From positions 7,626-71,625 of the forward strand of contig JAKLIQ010000005.1 in NCBI GenBank assembly GCA_022709525.1: a stretch of DNA of 64,000 bases, read 5' to 3'. Below, piece after piece: positions 37,959-46,432 of the stretch (position 1 is its first letter; every line of letters begins with the position of its first letter). A program made the translations under genes and the position numbers. The notes below the pieces were generated by a model, which was given only the letters and a program-made list of their open reading frames with translations, made no database searches and had not been told where the DNA came from. This stretch comes from Candidatus Omnitrophota bacterium. Lineage in GTDB: Bacteria; Omnitrophota; Omnitrophia; Omnitrophales; Aquincolibacteriaceae.

Positions 37959-38011
37959 CTCAAAGTATTGGGCCAAAACGGGGTGTTTCGGAATAGGTTC
38001 CCACAGGTTTT
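37959..38011 (-). promoter_or_regulatory. Conserved island promoter-like element, copy C
   Basis: Nearly identical to copy A. About 88 bp upstream of the ATG at 37871. Confidence 0.5.
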
Positions 38012-38077
38012 TTAGAAATATTTTTCAGTTTTTTTTAAATAAAAGGTTAGAGAGGGGGTATTTTCTTGAATTCGCAC

Positions 38078-38210
38078 CGGGGCATGCCGAGCTAGAAGCG
38101 TTCGACTACGGTCCCGAGACAAAATAAATATGACGAGGGGGCGTAGTCGAACGCTTCGTACACCTGAAAAAGCGTGTAGAGGCGGATTAAAGGCGGCATG
38201 CCCGGGTGCG
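38078..38210. repeat. Nested palindromic structure (16-bp perfect inverted repeat inside an 11-12-bp inverted repeat)
   Basis: GAAGCGTTCGACTACG (38096-38111) pairs with CGTAGTCGAACGCTTC (38142-38157). Outer CGGGGCATGCCG (38078-38089) pairs with CGGCATGCCCG (38196-38206). Lies in an AT-rich spacer at the boundary of the lower-GC R-M module. Confidence 0.5.
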
Positions 38211-38359
38211 GAAAGGTCGTTGTTTAAAAGAAAATAAAGGAATTGTAAATAAGAATTCCAAAATAGGAAAAAATCTGAGAAAAAGATTATTTAGCGGCCA
38301 CTATATGAATTGCAACATACGATCAGCACAAAATCGTTATGCTGTATGGTACAATTTTA

Positions 38360-38896
38360 TTAAGAAGTTTTGATAAAATGACGCATAAGGCAGCCAGACG
38401 CTTTTTCTGCATCTGTACAAAAACGTTTGAAGTTCGCTAAATCAAAGATCGATCTTCCCTGATACATACAAGCAGAACCAGACTCCATCTCAGAAAGGCT
38501 TCGGGAGGTGCTTTTTTGCAGTCCTTCGATAAGTGCCAGGAACTTTTCCGCAAAAGCAGGCAAGCGAACGATTTTGCACAACAATGCTCGTTTTCCAGAA
38601 AAAGGAAGCTCCCCGAGAACGGCACTTTCAAAAAGCTGGCATTTCTTTACTTTCCGGGGACTTTGCCTTGCATCGATAAAATAATTTTTGATTATCCCCT
38701 CCATGAAGAGCTCTACCGAGGAAAATGCTCTGTTAACACCCAATCTTACAAGGTCGTTCCTGTCTGCAGATAAAAGCGCGCTGCGCTCCCATTGCGCAGC
38801 GGACTTCATCCCAGGCAGTCTATTCCTCTGGGTAATCAGACTTTCAATTTGTCGAATATCCTCAAGCAGTTTTTTTTCGATTCCAGATGAAACCAT
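38360..38896 (-). CDS. Hypothetical protein (last gene of the R-M/Vsr module)
   Basis: 178-aa AT-rich ORF co-directional with vsr. No domain recognised. Confidence 0.35.
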   Translation of the reverse strand: MVSSGIEKKLLEDIRQIESLITQRNRLPGMKSAAQWERSALLSADRNDLVRLGVNRAFSSVELFMEGIIKNYFIDARQSPRKVKKCQLFESAVLGELPFSGKRALLCKIVRLPAFAEKFLALIEGLQKSTSRSLSEMESGSACMYQGRSIFDLANFKRFCTDAEKASGCLMRHFIKTS

Positions 38897-38938
38897 TTCA
38901 GTTGATCCTTATTACGGAGCCCATAGCAGGAGCATCTC

Positions 38939-39373
38939 TTAACAACAGGGGCTGCCATATTTACCAGAGCCTTTATTTAAAAGATTTAAAATCCGAGAAA
39001 CGCTGCTGCTTAAACGACTTTTTAAGTTATGTTCCCAAATCCGAACAACTTTCCATCCCGCTTTTCCAAGCTTCCTATTAACAAACTTATCCCGTTTCTT
39101 ATTACGAAGAATTTTTTGATTCCAATAAGAACAGTTGGTTTTTGGCATTATGCAACGTTTAGGGTGGCCATGCCAAAAATCTGAATCAATAAAAACTGCT
39201 ATTTTTTTCCTCCTAAAAACAAAGTCCGGCTTCCCGATTATTGACTTAACATTTTGCGCAAAGTAAATCTTTCGTTTTCGAAATTCTTTCGCGATTATTT
39301 CTTCCGGAACGGTTTTGACCGAACGGATATTCTGCATATTTTTCCGGCGTTGTTCACACGTTAAATTATCCAC
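38939..39373 (-). CDS. vsr: Very-short-patch repair endonuclease
   Basis: Vsr motifs (RRKNMQNIRSVKT...PDFVF...KIAVFIDSDFWHGH...GW.V.RIWEH). GTG start at 39373. Confidence 0.8.
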   Translation of the reverse strand: MDNLTCEQRRKNMQNIRSVKTVPEEIIAKEFRKRKIYFAQNVKSIIGKPDFVFRRKKIAVFIDSDFWHGHPKRCIMPKTNCSYWNQKILRNKKRDKFVNRKLGKAGWKVVRIWEHNLKSRLSSSVSRILNLLNKGSGKYGSPCC

Positions 39374-39384
39374 GGCTCAAAACC

Positions 39385-41271
39385 TTACTCAGCTTTATAA
39401 AAATTTTTTCCCTCTGGTAATTTAACATTTGGAATCCATAAAGGCGACCCATCCCAACCTTTTTCCCGTTCGCCGATAACCCGATACAAAGTAAGCACTG
39501 GATAATTTTTCACAGTATCACCCAATGTCCTATCAACAGGTGATAACAATGTCCCTGTCCCTTTTGATATACTACGGTCTCTTCTAATGATCAACATTGC
39601 TTTGTTCTCAGCATGGCTGGCTTTTAAGGCCTTAATACAGTTAATAAATACTACATTTGACCAGTCAGACTTGGACTCGCTCTCAAAATTCTCCAAGAGA
39701 GTAATTACACCGTTTAAAGTAGTCTCGCATATGCCCTGGCCACTATATGGCGCCAACATATCGTCCACTTCTTTAATATGCTTTCGTTGAGGGAAACTTG
39801 GAAAGTAATTTACTCCGCCGACAACAACCTCCAAAATTCCGTTATCAACCACGCTCGCTCTAGTCGGTCTGATACCCGGAGGATAAAGAAGACTGATGCC
39901 TTCAGTGTTAGTACCGGCAATCTGTCCAATAAGCGCGCGGTTACTGCTATTCAATTCAATGAAAAGCTTTAACAATGACGGCGGGAGAAAAACTCTCATT
40001 AAATCAGGGTCTCTATCATACCCGAACATCCTGCAATGCTGCCAAAAAGTATCTGCTTGCGGGACCTTCGCTGTTCGACAGTAATAAACCGTCTGTAATG
40101 CAGGAAATGTTACTCCCCGGCCTAGGCTGTTGCCTCCTACAATAATGTTCATGCCTTTTGAGCAATCCACAATATTGCTTCCAATCGAATTCATCACATA
40201 AAACTTTATCTTTTCTTCATTAAGACTTTGCTTGAGAAAATCCTGCATCTTTTCAAAATCAATAAGACCGGATTTCGATTTTTGAAGATCTTCCCAAGAC
40301 CCTCTAAGCATCTCTTCCATTTTATCTTCGGAAACCGCGATAAGCATCTCATTAAGATATTCACCTAGTTTGCGCGCGATCCGATCGTGATCGGCAATCC
40401 TGACGCTGGGATGAACTAGAAAATTGCATGCCTCTGCACTCTTTGACAATAAAGTATGTGCACCTGAAACTAAAAAAGACAAAAGCGACAAACGGAGGCC
40501 TTCTGAAATAATCATCTCTTCGTTTCTTAAGTCATCAAGTTCGTTCTCAGGAGTCAAGCGAATACACGCCGAAGGCGGGTCACAATAAAAAAAATCTCCG
40601 CCCAAATACCCCTCTCCAGGAGGGAAATAATGAACAAACGACGGCCTCCAGCCAGTGGTGCTCGCCTGTAAGAACAATGGCTGAGGAGTAGCTGTTACCT
40701 GAAGATACATGCTGCTGTTAGCAAGTTTCTTTATGTCATTAAGGTGGCGATTAATGGCACTCTGCTGTTTCTGATTGATCTTCGTATTGAGGCTGGCCGC
40801 ATCACCCTCGTCATCGATGATAAATAGCGGCCGCCCATCGCAGAATTTGGAAGCCGCCAGATTGTCCTTCCATCGTTTAAGAACCCGGTTATTTTTCTTA
40901 ATTACAATCATGACCGGCTGACGAACTCTAGATTCCATAAATTTAACATCTTCATCTTCACCGCAGACGATAAATGTATCTAAATAACGCACTGCCCGCT
41001 GAAACGTCTGTTCATGTAAATACACATTATCTGTTGTAAGAAAAACAAAGATTGAAAACCCTTCATCAGCCGCCGCAGAGACAAGGCCGAACGCCTGCCG
41101 AGTCTTTCCGCTTTGAACATTACCCAAAAGCAGACCTGTTAGGTGCTCACGAAAGGAAAAAGTCTTAATGTGTTTTGGGATTAAAGCGTCAATTGTATTC
41201 CTGATTGGAGGTGTGAGGCCTGGTGAGATTGCTTCTAATTTATCAAGGTAACTTTGAAAATGGCTCCCCAT
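39385..41271 (-). CDS. Z1-domain P-loop NTPase associated with m5C R-M/Vsr modules
   Basis: Walker A (GNVQSGKT) and Walker B-like (LFIIDDEGD). 628 aa, gene context with dcm and vsr. Confidence 0.7.
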   Translation of the reverse strand: MGSHFQSYLDKLEAISPGLTPPIRNTIDALIPKHIKTFSFREHLTGLLLGNVQSGKTRQAFGLVSAAADEGFSIFVFLTTDNVYLHEQTFQRAVRYLDTFIVCGEDEDVKFMESRVRQPVMIVIKKNNRVLKRWKDNLAASKFCDGRPLFIIDDEGDAASLNTKINQKQQSAINRHLNDIKKLANSSMYLQVTATPQPLFLQASTTGWRPSFVHYFPPGEGYLGGDFFYCDPPSACIRLTPENELDDLRNEEMIISEGLRLSLLSFLVSGAHTLLSKSAEACNFLVHPSVRIADHDRIARKLGEYLNEMLIAVSEDKMEEMLRGSWEDLQKSKSGLIDFEKMQDFLKQSLNEEKIKFYVMNSIGSNIVDCSKGMNIIVGGNSLGRGVTFPALQTVYYCRTAKVPQADTFWQHCRMFGYDRDPDLMRVFLPPSLLKLFIELNSSNRALIGQIAGTNTEGISLLYPPGIRPTRASVVDNGILEVVVGGVNYFPSFPQRKHIKEVDDMLAPYSGQGICETTLNGVITLLENFESESKSDWSNVVFINCIKALKASHAENKAMLIIRRDRSISKGTGTLLSPVDRTLGDTVKNYPVLTLYRVIGEREKGWDGSPLWIPNVKLPEGKNFYKAE

Positions 41272-42327
41272 TTACACCCCGAAATCTAATATCCATACTG
41301 CGGGATTTGAGGTAGCAATCAATTCAAAATCATCCCTTCCGTAACGCCTCAATGTCTCAGAAGTCACAGGCTCGCCGACCTTGAGAGCACCGTTATTTTC
41401 AAGACGTCCTTTAATCCAGCGACCCAAAATTTTAAGATCGGGTGTGGAGCGAAAATTCTTGCTGTAGTCTCCGCTGATTTTACAGTCAAATTTCCACCTG
41501 TCATCAGTATATACGGTAATAATGCTTTTCTTATTTCGTCCCGCTTTTGGATAACCGGGCTTATCAGTAATTTCTTTGGGAACCATAAGCTCAACTTCAT
41601 ACCAATGCCTCGGTTTTACAAAACCCTTTTTATTCTTCCGACCTTTTCCAAAAAAAACATTCAAGCTGCTCTTCGAAGCTATCTCTGAACCTTTAATCGG
41701 AATCTTAAAAGATTTTTTCGTTTTATCCAAAAGAACCTTTTTCAACTCATCGTTAGTGGGCCTAACAACCCCCTCCTGATTATCTAGAAGCGTATTTTCA
41801 CCTTCAATGATTTTTGGTTCATACCCGTAAAGAGGAACGCAAGCATCTTTCGATAATTTCGTAATAAAACCGTCAATCTCACTGACCATATTTTTTTCAT
41901 CGAAGTATAAATCCGTTTCATAATGGTTTTGATCATCGAGAATACTGCTTAAGTTTGACGATCCTATAATGCTGGCAAACGGGGTCTGTTGGCTGTTTAA
42001 AAAGCTATAAACTTTCCCATGGAATTTAAATGCCTTAACAACCCTAACCTGACCGATTTTTTTGTCTCTTAAATAGTCGTCAAGATATCTAGCCGCGTCT
42101 ATCTGCGATTGAGTAAATCCTTCGAAACCGTGCATGCCGATAAGGAGTTCTAAAAATGATTTTTTATTCCCTTCTACAATTTTTTTAAGCTCAGCCAAAG
42201 CTTCCGTCGAGATATATCCGGAAGCGATTCTGACGCTGTCAGCATGCTGAAATAGATCATCAAAACAAGATTTTGTTTTTTGATGTGAGCAGCGAACAGG
42301 CGGAATATTCGACAAAAGAAGCTCCAT
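41272..42327 (-). CDS. Phospholipase-D-family restriction endonuclease (NgoFVII/BfiI-like) with C-terminal DNA-binding domain
   Basis: HxK...GSxN HKD motif (FHGKVYSF...IIGSSNLS). Directly downstream of and overlapping the m5C methyltransferase stop/start. Confidence 0.6.
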   Translation of the reverse strand: MELLLSNIPPVRCSHQKTKSCFDDLFQHADSVRIASGYISTEALAELKKIVEGNKKSFLELLIGMHGFEGFTQSQIDAARYLDDYLRDKKIGQVRVVKAFKFHGKVYSFLNSQQTPFASIIGSSNLSSILDDQNHYETDLYFDEKNMVSEIDGFITKLSKDACVPLYGYEPKIIEGENTLLDNQEGVVRPTNDELKKVLLDKTKKSFKIPIKGSEIASKSSLNVFFGKGRKNKKGFVKPRHWYEVELMVPKEITDKPGYPKAGRNKKSIITVYTDDRWKFDCKISGDYSKNFRSTPDLKILGRWIKGRLENNGALKVGEPVTSETLRRYGRDDFELIATSNPAVWILDFGV

Positions 42328-43460
42328 TAGAATACTCCTGTTAAGTTTTTTTCTTTAACAATGCATTCCATTCGTTTCTTAACAGAAATTTCTTTAAATT
42401 TTTGGTAAACAAGTCTCAAGTTAACAGGTTCATATCCCCCGCGAAAAAGAGGCATTAAAGTTTTGGCTAATGCGGTGACCCCCAAAGGGGGGACAGCATT
42501 ACCGATTTGTCTTCGAACCTCTGCAACAGAACCTATAAATTCAAAATCATCTGGAAAGGACTGCAATCTAGCACGCTCGCGATTGGTCAACGGTCTTAGT
42601 TCGGGATAATGGTAGCCCCAAGTTCCGCCACCACCTGCAGCAATAATAGTTTTTGATGGTTCACCTCTGTGAATCCTTCGATAGACATGACTAATCATGC
42701 CTTTGACATAATAGGGGCTGTCGGCAGGAATATCGGTAAAGTTACCGCCTTCTGAAATCAATTTCAGCATTTTGACGGTTTTAGGAGCAATTTTCATTTT
42801 TTCGTTATTAAATTTAATCTTTTCGACTCCTTCCAAAGCTGCTCCGGAAGAAACATAAGGTTTTGAACCTTTAGGCCCGTGCGTGGGCTGGGGATGATAA
42901 AAATCAAACCCCGTATCAATACGAACGCCAACTATTAGAACCCTCTCTCTGAACTGCGGAACACCATAATCAGCAAAATTATAAAGTTTTGGTTTTACAA
43001 TATACCCTGGAGAAATGCTTTCAAAATCGGTGACAATCTGCTCGATTGCCTTACCATTATTTGCTGTCAAAAGACCTTTGACGTTCTCCGCTACAAAAGC
43101 TTTTGGCTTTTTGGCAGCTACAAATCTCAAAAAACTTTTATACAAATTCCCCCGTTCACCGTTAAGTCCCGGCCTTTTCCAGATCATAGAAAAATCCTGG
43201 CAGGGGAATCCTCCCAAGATAAGATCGCAGGCAGGTATAGACTTCATTTTACCGGTGACAACTTTCTCAATGTCTCCGCAGTGCATCACATTCCCCAGAT
43301 TATGGCGATAAGTCTTAGCGGCCCATTCATTAAAATCATTTGCCCAGACAACATCATATCCTTGCTGATGAAATCCAAGATCAAGTCCGCCACAACCGGC
43401 AAACAACGAAATGATTTTGGGTCTTTTTTGTGTTTTTAAACTTATTATATTTTTTTTCAT
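42327..43460 (-). CDS. dcm: DNA (cytosine-5)-methyltransferase
   Basis: Motif I (ISLFAGCGGLDLG), motif IV (GGFPCQDFS), motif VI (ENV), and the C-terminal target-recognition and motif IX-X region. Confidence 0.9.
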   Translation of the reverse strand: MKKNIISLKTQKRPKIISLFAGCGGLDLGFHQQGYDVVWANDFNEWAAKTYRHNLGNVMHCGDIEKVVTGKMKSIPACDLILGGFPCQDFSMIWKRPGLNGERGNLYKSFLRFVAAKKPKAFVAENVKGLLTANNGKAIEQIVTDFESISPGYIVKPKLYNFADYGVPQFRERVLIVGVRIDTGFDFYHPQPTHGPKGSKPYVSSGAALEGVEKIKFNNEKMKIAPKTVKMLKLISEGGNFTDIPADSPYYVKGMISHVYRRIHRGEPSKTIIAAGGGGTWGYHYPELRPLTNRERARLQSFPDDFEFIGSVAEVRRQIGNAVPPLGVTALAKTLMPLFRGGYEPVNLRLVYQKFKEISVKKRMECIVKEKNLTGVF

Positions 43461-43473
43461 TAATTATCTTTTT

Positions 43474-43659
43474 TTAAGATTGCGGGAACTCGGGAAATTC
43501 GGGAAAACATCTTCTTTTGCCTATTGCTGCCCTTGAGCATTGTTGCGAACAAAATTTTGCAGCATGCGCTTGGTATCCGCTTTTGGATGAGCGGAACCTC
43601 TTTCCGCATTGCTGACATTTTTTCACGGGAGAATCTCTGCGAGTCGATTTTGTAACCAT
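43474..43659 (-). CDS. Possible small zinc-ribbon protein
   Basis: 61 aa from MVTKST, with CQQCGKRF...CSQQCS. Weak, AT-rich, no RBS checked. Confidence 0.2.
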   Translation of the reverse strand: MVTKSTRRDSPVKKCQQCGKRFRSSKSGYQAHAAKFCSQQCSRAAIGKRRCFPEFPEFPQS

Positions 43660-44090
43660 TTTACCCTCTTCCAATTTGCACTTGCGAATTATAGCAGAAG
43701 ACGCACATCCATAAAAAGAGCATTTCATTCTCACGACATTCACGAAAGATCACGCGTTAAAAAATCATCCGCTGTCCTTTCGGAGTCCGGCTGTCGCAAG
43801 CAAGTTACTGCCATATGCGCATAATTCCCAGTCGAAATATTGCTTCGTTTTCTCGGCTGTTGCTGGCAATCTGCGCCTAAAGACAAAAAACCTTCGCCAG
43901 TCACGCTTGACCAACGAAGGTTTTGCTTTTTTAAAGTCCAGGATTTATTCCTTCAAACTCGAGACTTATCACCAGATTTTGGAGATGATAATATCATGAA
44001 ATACAACGCAATCAACAGATCTTTTGTCGGCGGTTCGCTTTTACCTATCTCTGCCATCATCAACAGAGCCTTTAATATTTAGCAGAAGAA

Positions 44091-44486
44091 TCAAACGACG
44101 TGGACACAGAAAATAGACGACGGATCGTGAGGAGGAAGCGGGGCCCTCAGATGAAAACTACGGCTTTTATACCACTCGATTTTGCAGACCGAGCAGTACC
44201 TCTTTACAAGCGGAATCCGGAGATGGTATTCGCTTTTGCAGAAATCGCACCAATACACATAAATGATCTCGCCCATGTTGCTTGAGGCGAATGCCGTGCC
44301 CTGGAAGATGACTTCCCTTTCGCATTCACCGCACACCAACTTGCGGGGAGCGTGTTTCCAGTAAGCCTGGGATTTCTCATAAAGAACCTGAGAACAGTTC
44401 GGGTTTGCACAGCGCTCCAAACCGAAGCCGCCTCTCAGCTCTTGCTTTCTTTTTTGTAGATCGTTCGTTTTTTGCTCCGTGGTCAT
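44091..44486 (-). CDS. Hypothetical Cys-rich protein
   Basis: 131 aa with clean ATG and several CxxC pairs. Confidence 0.4.
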   Translation of the reverse strand: MTTEQKTNDLQKRKQELRGGFGLERCANPNCSQVLYEKSQAYWKHAPRKLVCGECEREVIFQGTAFASSNMGEIIYVYWCDFCKSEYHLRIPLVKRYCSVCKIEWYKSRSFHLRAPLPPHDPSSIFCVHVV

Positions 44487-44620
44487 TCACGGACGCCTCC
44501 TCGGAATCTCCGGGTAGTTTCATGCCGCTCTTCCGACGCGATAACTCCCTCCGGCTTGATGCCAACAACTCCTGCTAAAGTTTGATCCTATAAAACAAAT
44601 TCCTTTTAAAAATAGTGCAA

Positions 44621-45682
44621 CTAGGCGGTCTGTCGCGCCACGATCTCCGGAACATAACGGCGCTGAACGGCTTCTTCATCGCCAAACTCGATCTTGTCGA
44701 TCACAAGACCCACCGCGTCCTGGCCGATCTGGTAAAGAGGCTGCTTGACGGTCGTAAGACTTGGGGAGATCACCTTCCCTTTTTCGATATCGTCGAAACC
44801 CATAAGCGCGATCTTCTCGGGGCACCACAGCTTCGCCTCTTTCAAGGCCTTAAGCGCACCGATCGCGATATCATCGTTCCCGCAACAGATTGCCCTCGGT
44901 AAATTTCCTTCCTCGATCCATTCCTTCATCTTGTTGTAAGCGTCCGCTTCGCGGTAAGTAACACATTCCCTGATCCATTGCGGTTTCAAAAGCAGTTTGT
45001 TCTCTTTGATCCCCTCTTGGAATCCTTTTAATTTCTCTTCCGCGTCCACGCAATTTTGATGGAGTTCTTTTCCGTCTGTTTCAAAAACCGCAGCCTTGGG
45101 CCGGGCAAGATAACCGATCCGTTTGTACCCTCTCCCCGCAAGATACGAAACCGCTATTTTCATACCTTCCCGGACATCGGTGTAAAGGATGTTGGTCTTG
45201 AGATTGCTCTCGAAATCGTTCATCACCACGAGCGGAAGATCCGCCGGACAATTCTCGATCAAATGAATTAAGTGCGGATTGAAACGCCACGTGATAACGA
45301 TTAAACCGTCCACCCCGTATTCGCCGAAAAGATCCTCGGCACGGGCAAGCTGCTTTTCTTTCATCCGGAAAAGCTTAAGGTCATGACCGGTCCTGAAAAT
45401 TTGGTCCACGATACCAGCCATAATCCCCATGTGATAGCCGGAATGAATGATGTCTTTGGAAAGCGAAGTCAGGACCCCGATATTGTATTTACGTAAAGCG
45501 CGCCTTAGCCGCGCAAATGCCATGGGTTTATAGCCAAGCTTTTGGATCGCAAGCTCGATACGGGCGCGAAGATCCGCTCGTACCGTATGACGCGTCCTCG
45601 GAGACAAATAACGGGTGATCGTCGCCTGTGAGGTCTCGGCTTCCCGTGCCACATCCTGAATCGATGGTCTTTCTTTGCTCAT
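44621..45682 (-). CDS. LacI-family transcriptional regulator
   Basis: N-terminal HTH (IQDVAREAETSQATITRYL) and periplasmic-binding-fold sugar-binding domain. Confidence 0.85.
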   Translation of the reverse strand: MSKERPSIQDVAREAETSQATITRYLSPRTRHTVRADLRARIELAIQKLGYKPMAFARLRRALRKYNIGVLTSLSKDIIHSGYHMGIMAGIVDQIFRTGHDLKLFRMKEKQLARAEDLFGEYGVDGLIVITWRFNPHLIHLIENCPADLPLVVMNDFESNLKTNILYTDVREGMKIAVSYLAGRGYKRIGYLARPKAAVFETDGKELHQNCVDAEEKLKGFQEGIKENKLLLKPQWIRECVTYREADAYNKMKEWIEEGNLPRAICCGNDDIAIGALKALKEAKLWCPEKIALMGFDDIEKGKVISPSLTTVKQPLYQIGQDAVGLVIDKIEFGDEEAVQRRYVPEIVARQTA

Positions 45683-45796
45683 TTAATTTCCTTTCTTCGA
45701 ATAACGAATGACGAAAGAAAATATAACTGTAAAAGATTGGTATTACAACCCGCTATAGCGGGTAAATAAGAGTATTTCCCAGTCGAAATTAACCGC

Positions 45797-46072
45797 ATGA
45801 AAGTCACCATGAACGAGAATCCGGCAGAAAAAGCAATCGCAAAACAGTTTGGAAAGCTCGTAGGAGTTCTTCGAGTGAAAAAACGATTCACCCAGGATGC
45901 GTTTGCTTATCACGCCGGAATAAGCAGAAGCTATTATGGAGAGATTGAGCGCGGCGAAGTGAGCGTGTCGGTCTATAAGGCCGATCTCATCGCAAAAGGG
46001 CTCGGCCTAGAACTAGGCGAGCTCATGCTTTTACTGGACAAGGACCGGAAAAAAGGGACCGGAAAAGACTAA
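45797..46072 (+). CDS. XRE-family helix-turn-helix regulator
   Basis: HTH_XRE pattern (FTQDAFAYHAGISRSYYGEIERGEVSVSVYKADLIAKGLG). Alternative ATG at 45809. Confidence 0.65.
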   Translation: MKVTMNENPAEKAIAKQFGKLVGVLRVKKRFTQDAFAYHAGISRSYYGEIERGEVSVSVYKADLIAKGLGLELGELMLLLDKDRKKGTGKD

Positions 46073-46110
46073 CTGCCGTCAAAATAAACCTTTTGCTGAA
46101 CGGCCTGGGC

Positions 46111-46389
46111 TTATCCACCGCTTGCTTTAACTCGACATTCCTCAATGATCGTTTTCGGAGTCAATTTCAAGGCAATCACAATCAAAAGCGGCACAATAAC
46201 CACATCATCAAGGTGACCTAGGATGGGAATAAAATCGGGGATAAAGTCGATGGGAGATACAGCATAGGCAACCGCCATCCCAAGAAAGAATTTGGCAAGC
46301 CGGGGTGTACGGGAATCCTTTAGTACCAGTTGATAGGTTTTAAGTTCTAACTTGAATTTTTCCAAGGTCGATTTGAGTTTTTCAAACAT
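46111..46389 (-). CDS. DUF1232 (YkvA-like) small membrane protein
   Basis: Motif (SPIDFIPDFIPILGHLDDVVIVPLLI). Confidence 0.6.
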   Translation of the reverse strand: MFEKLKSTLEKFKLELKTYQLVLKDSRTPRLAKFFLGMAVAYAVSPIDFIPDFIPILGHLDDVVIVPLLIVIALKLTPKTIIEECRVKASGG

Positions 46390-46432
46390 AACGGCCCCCT
46401 TCTTTCAAACTCAAATCATTTAATCAGAAATT

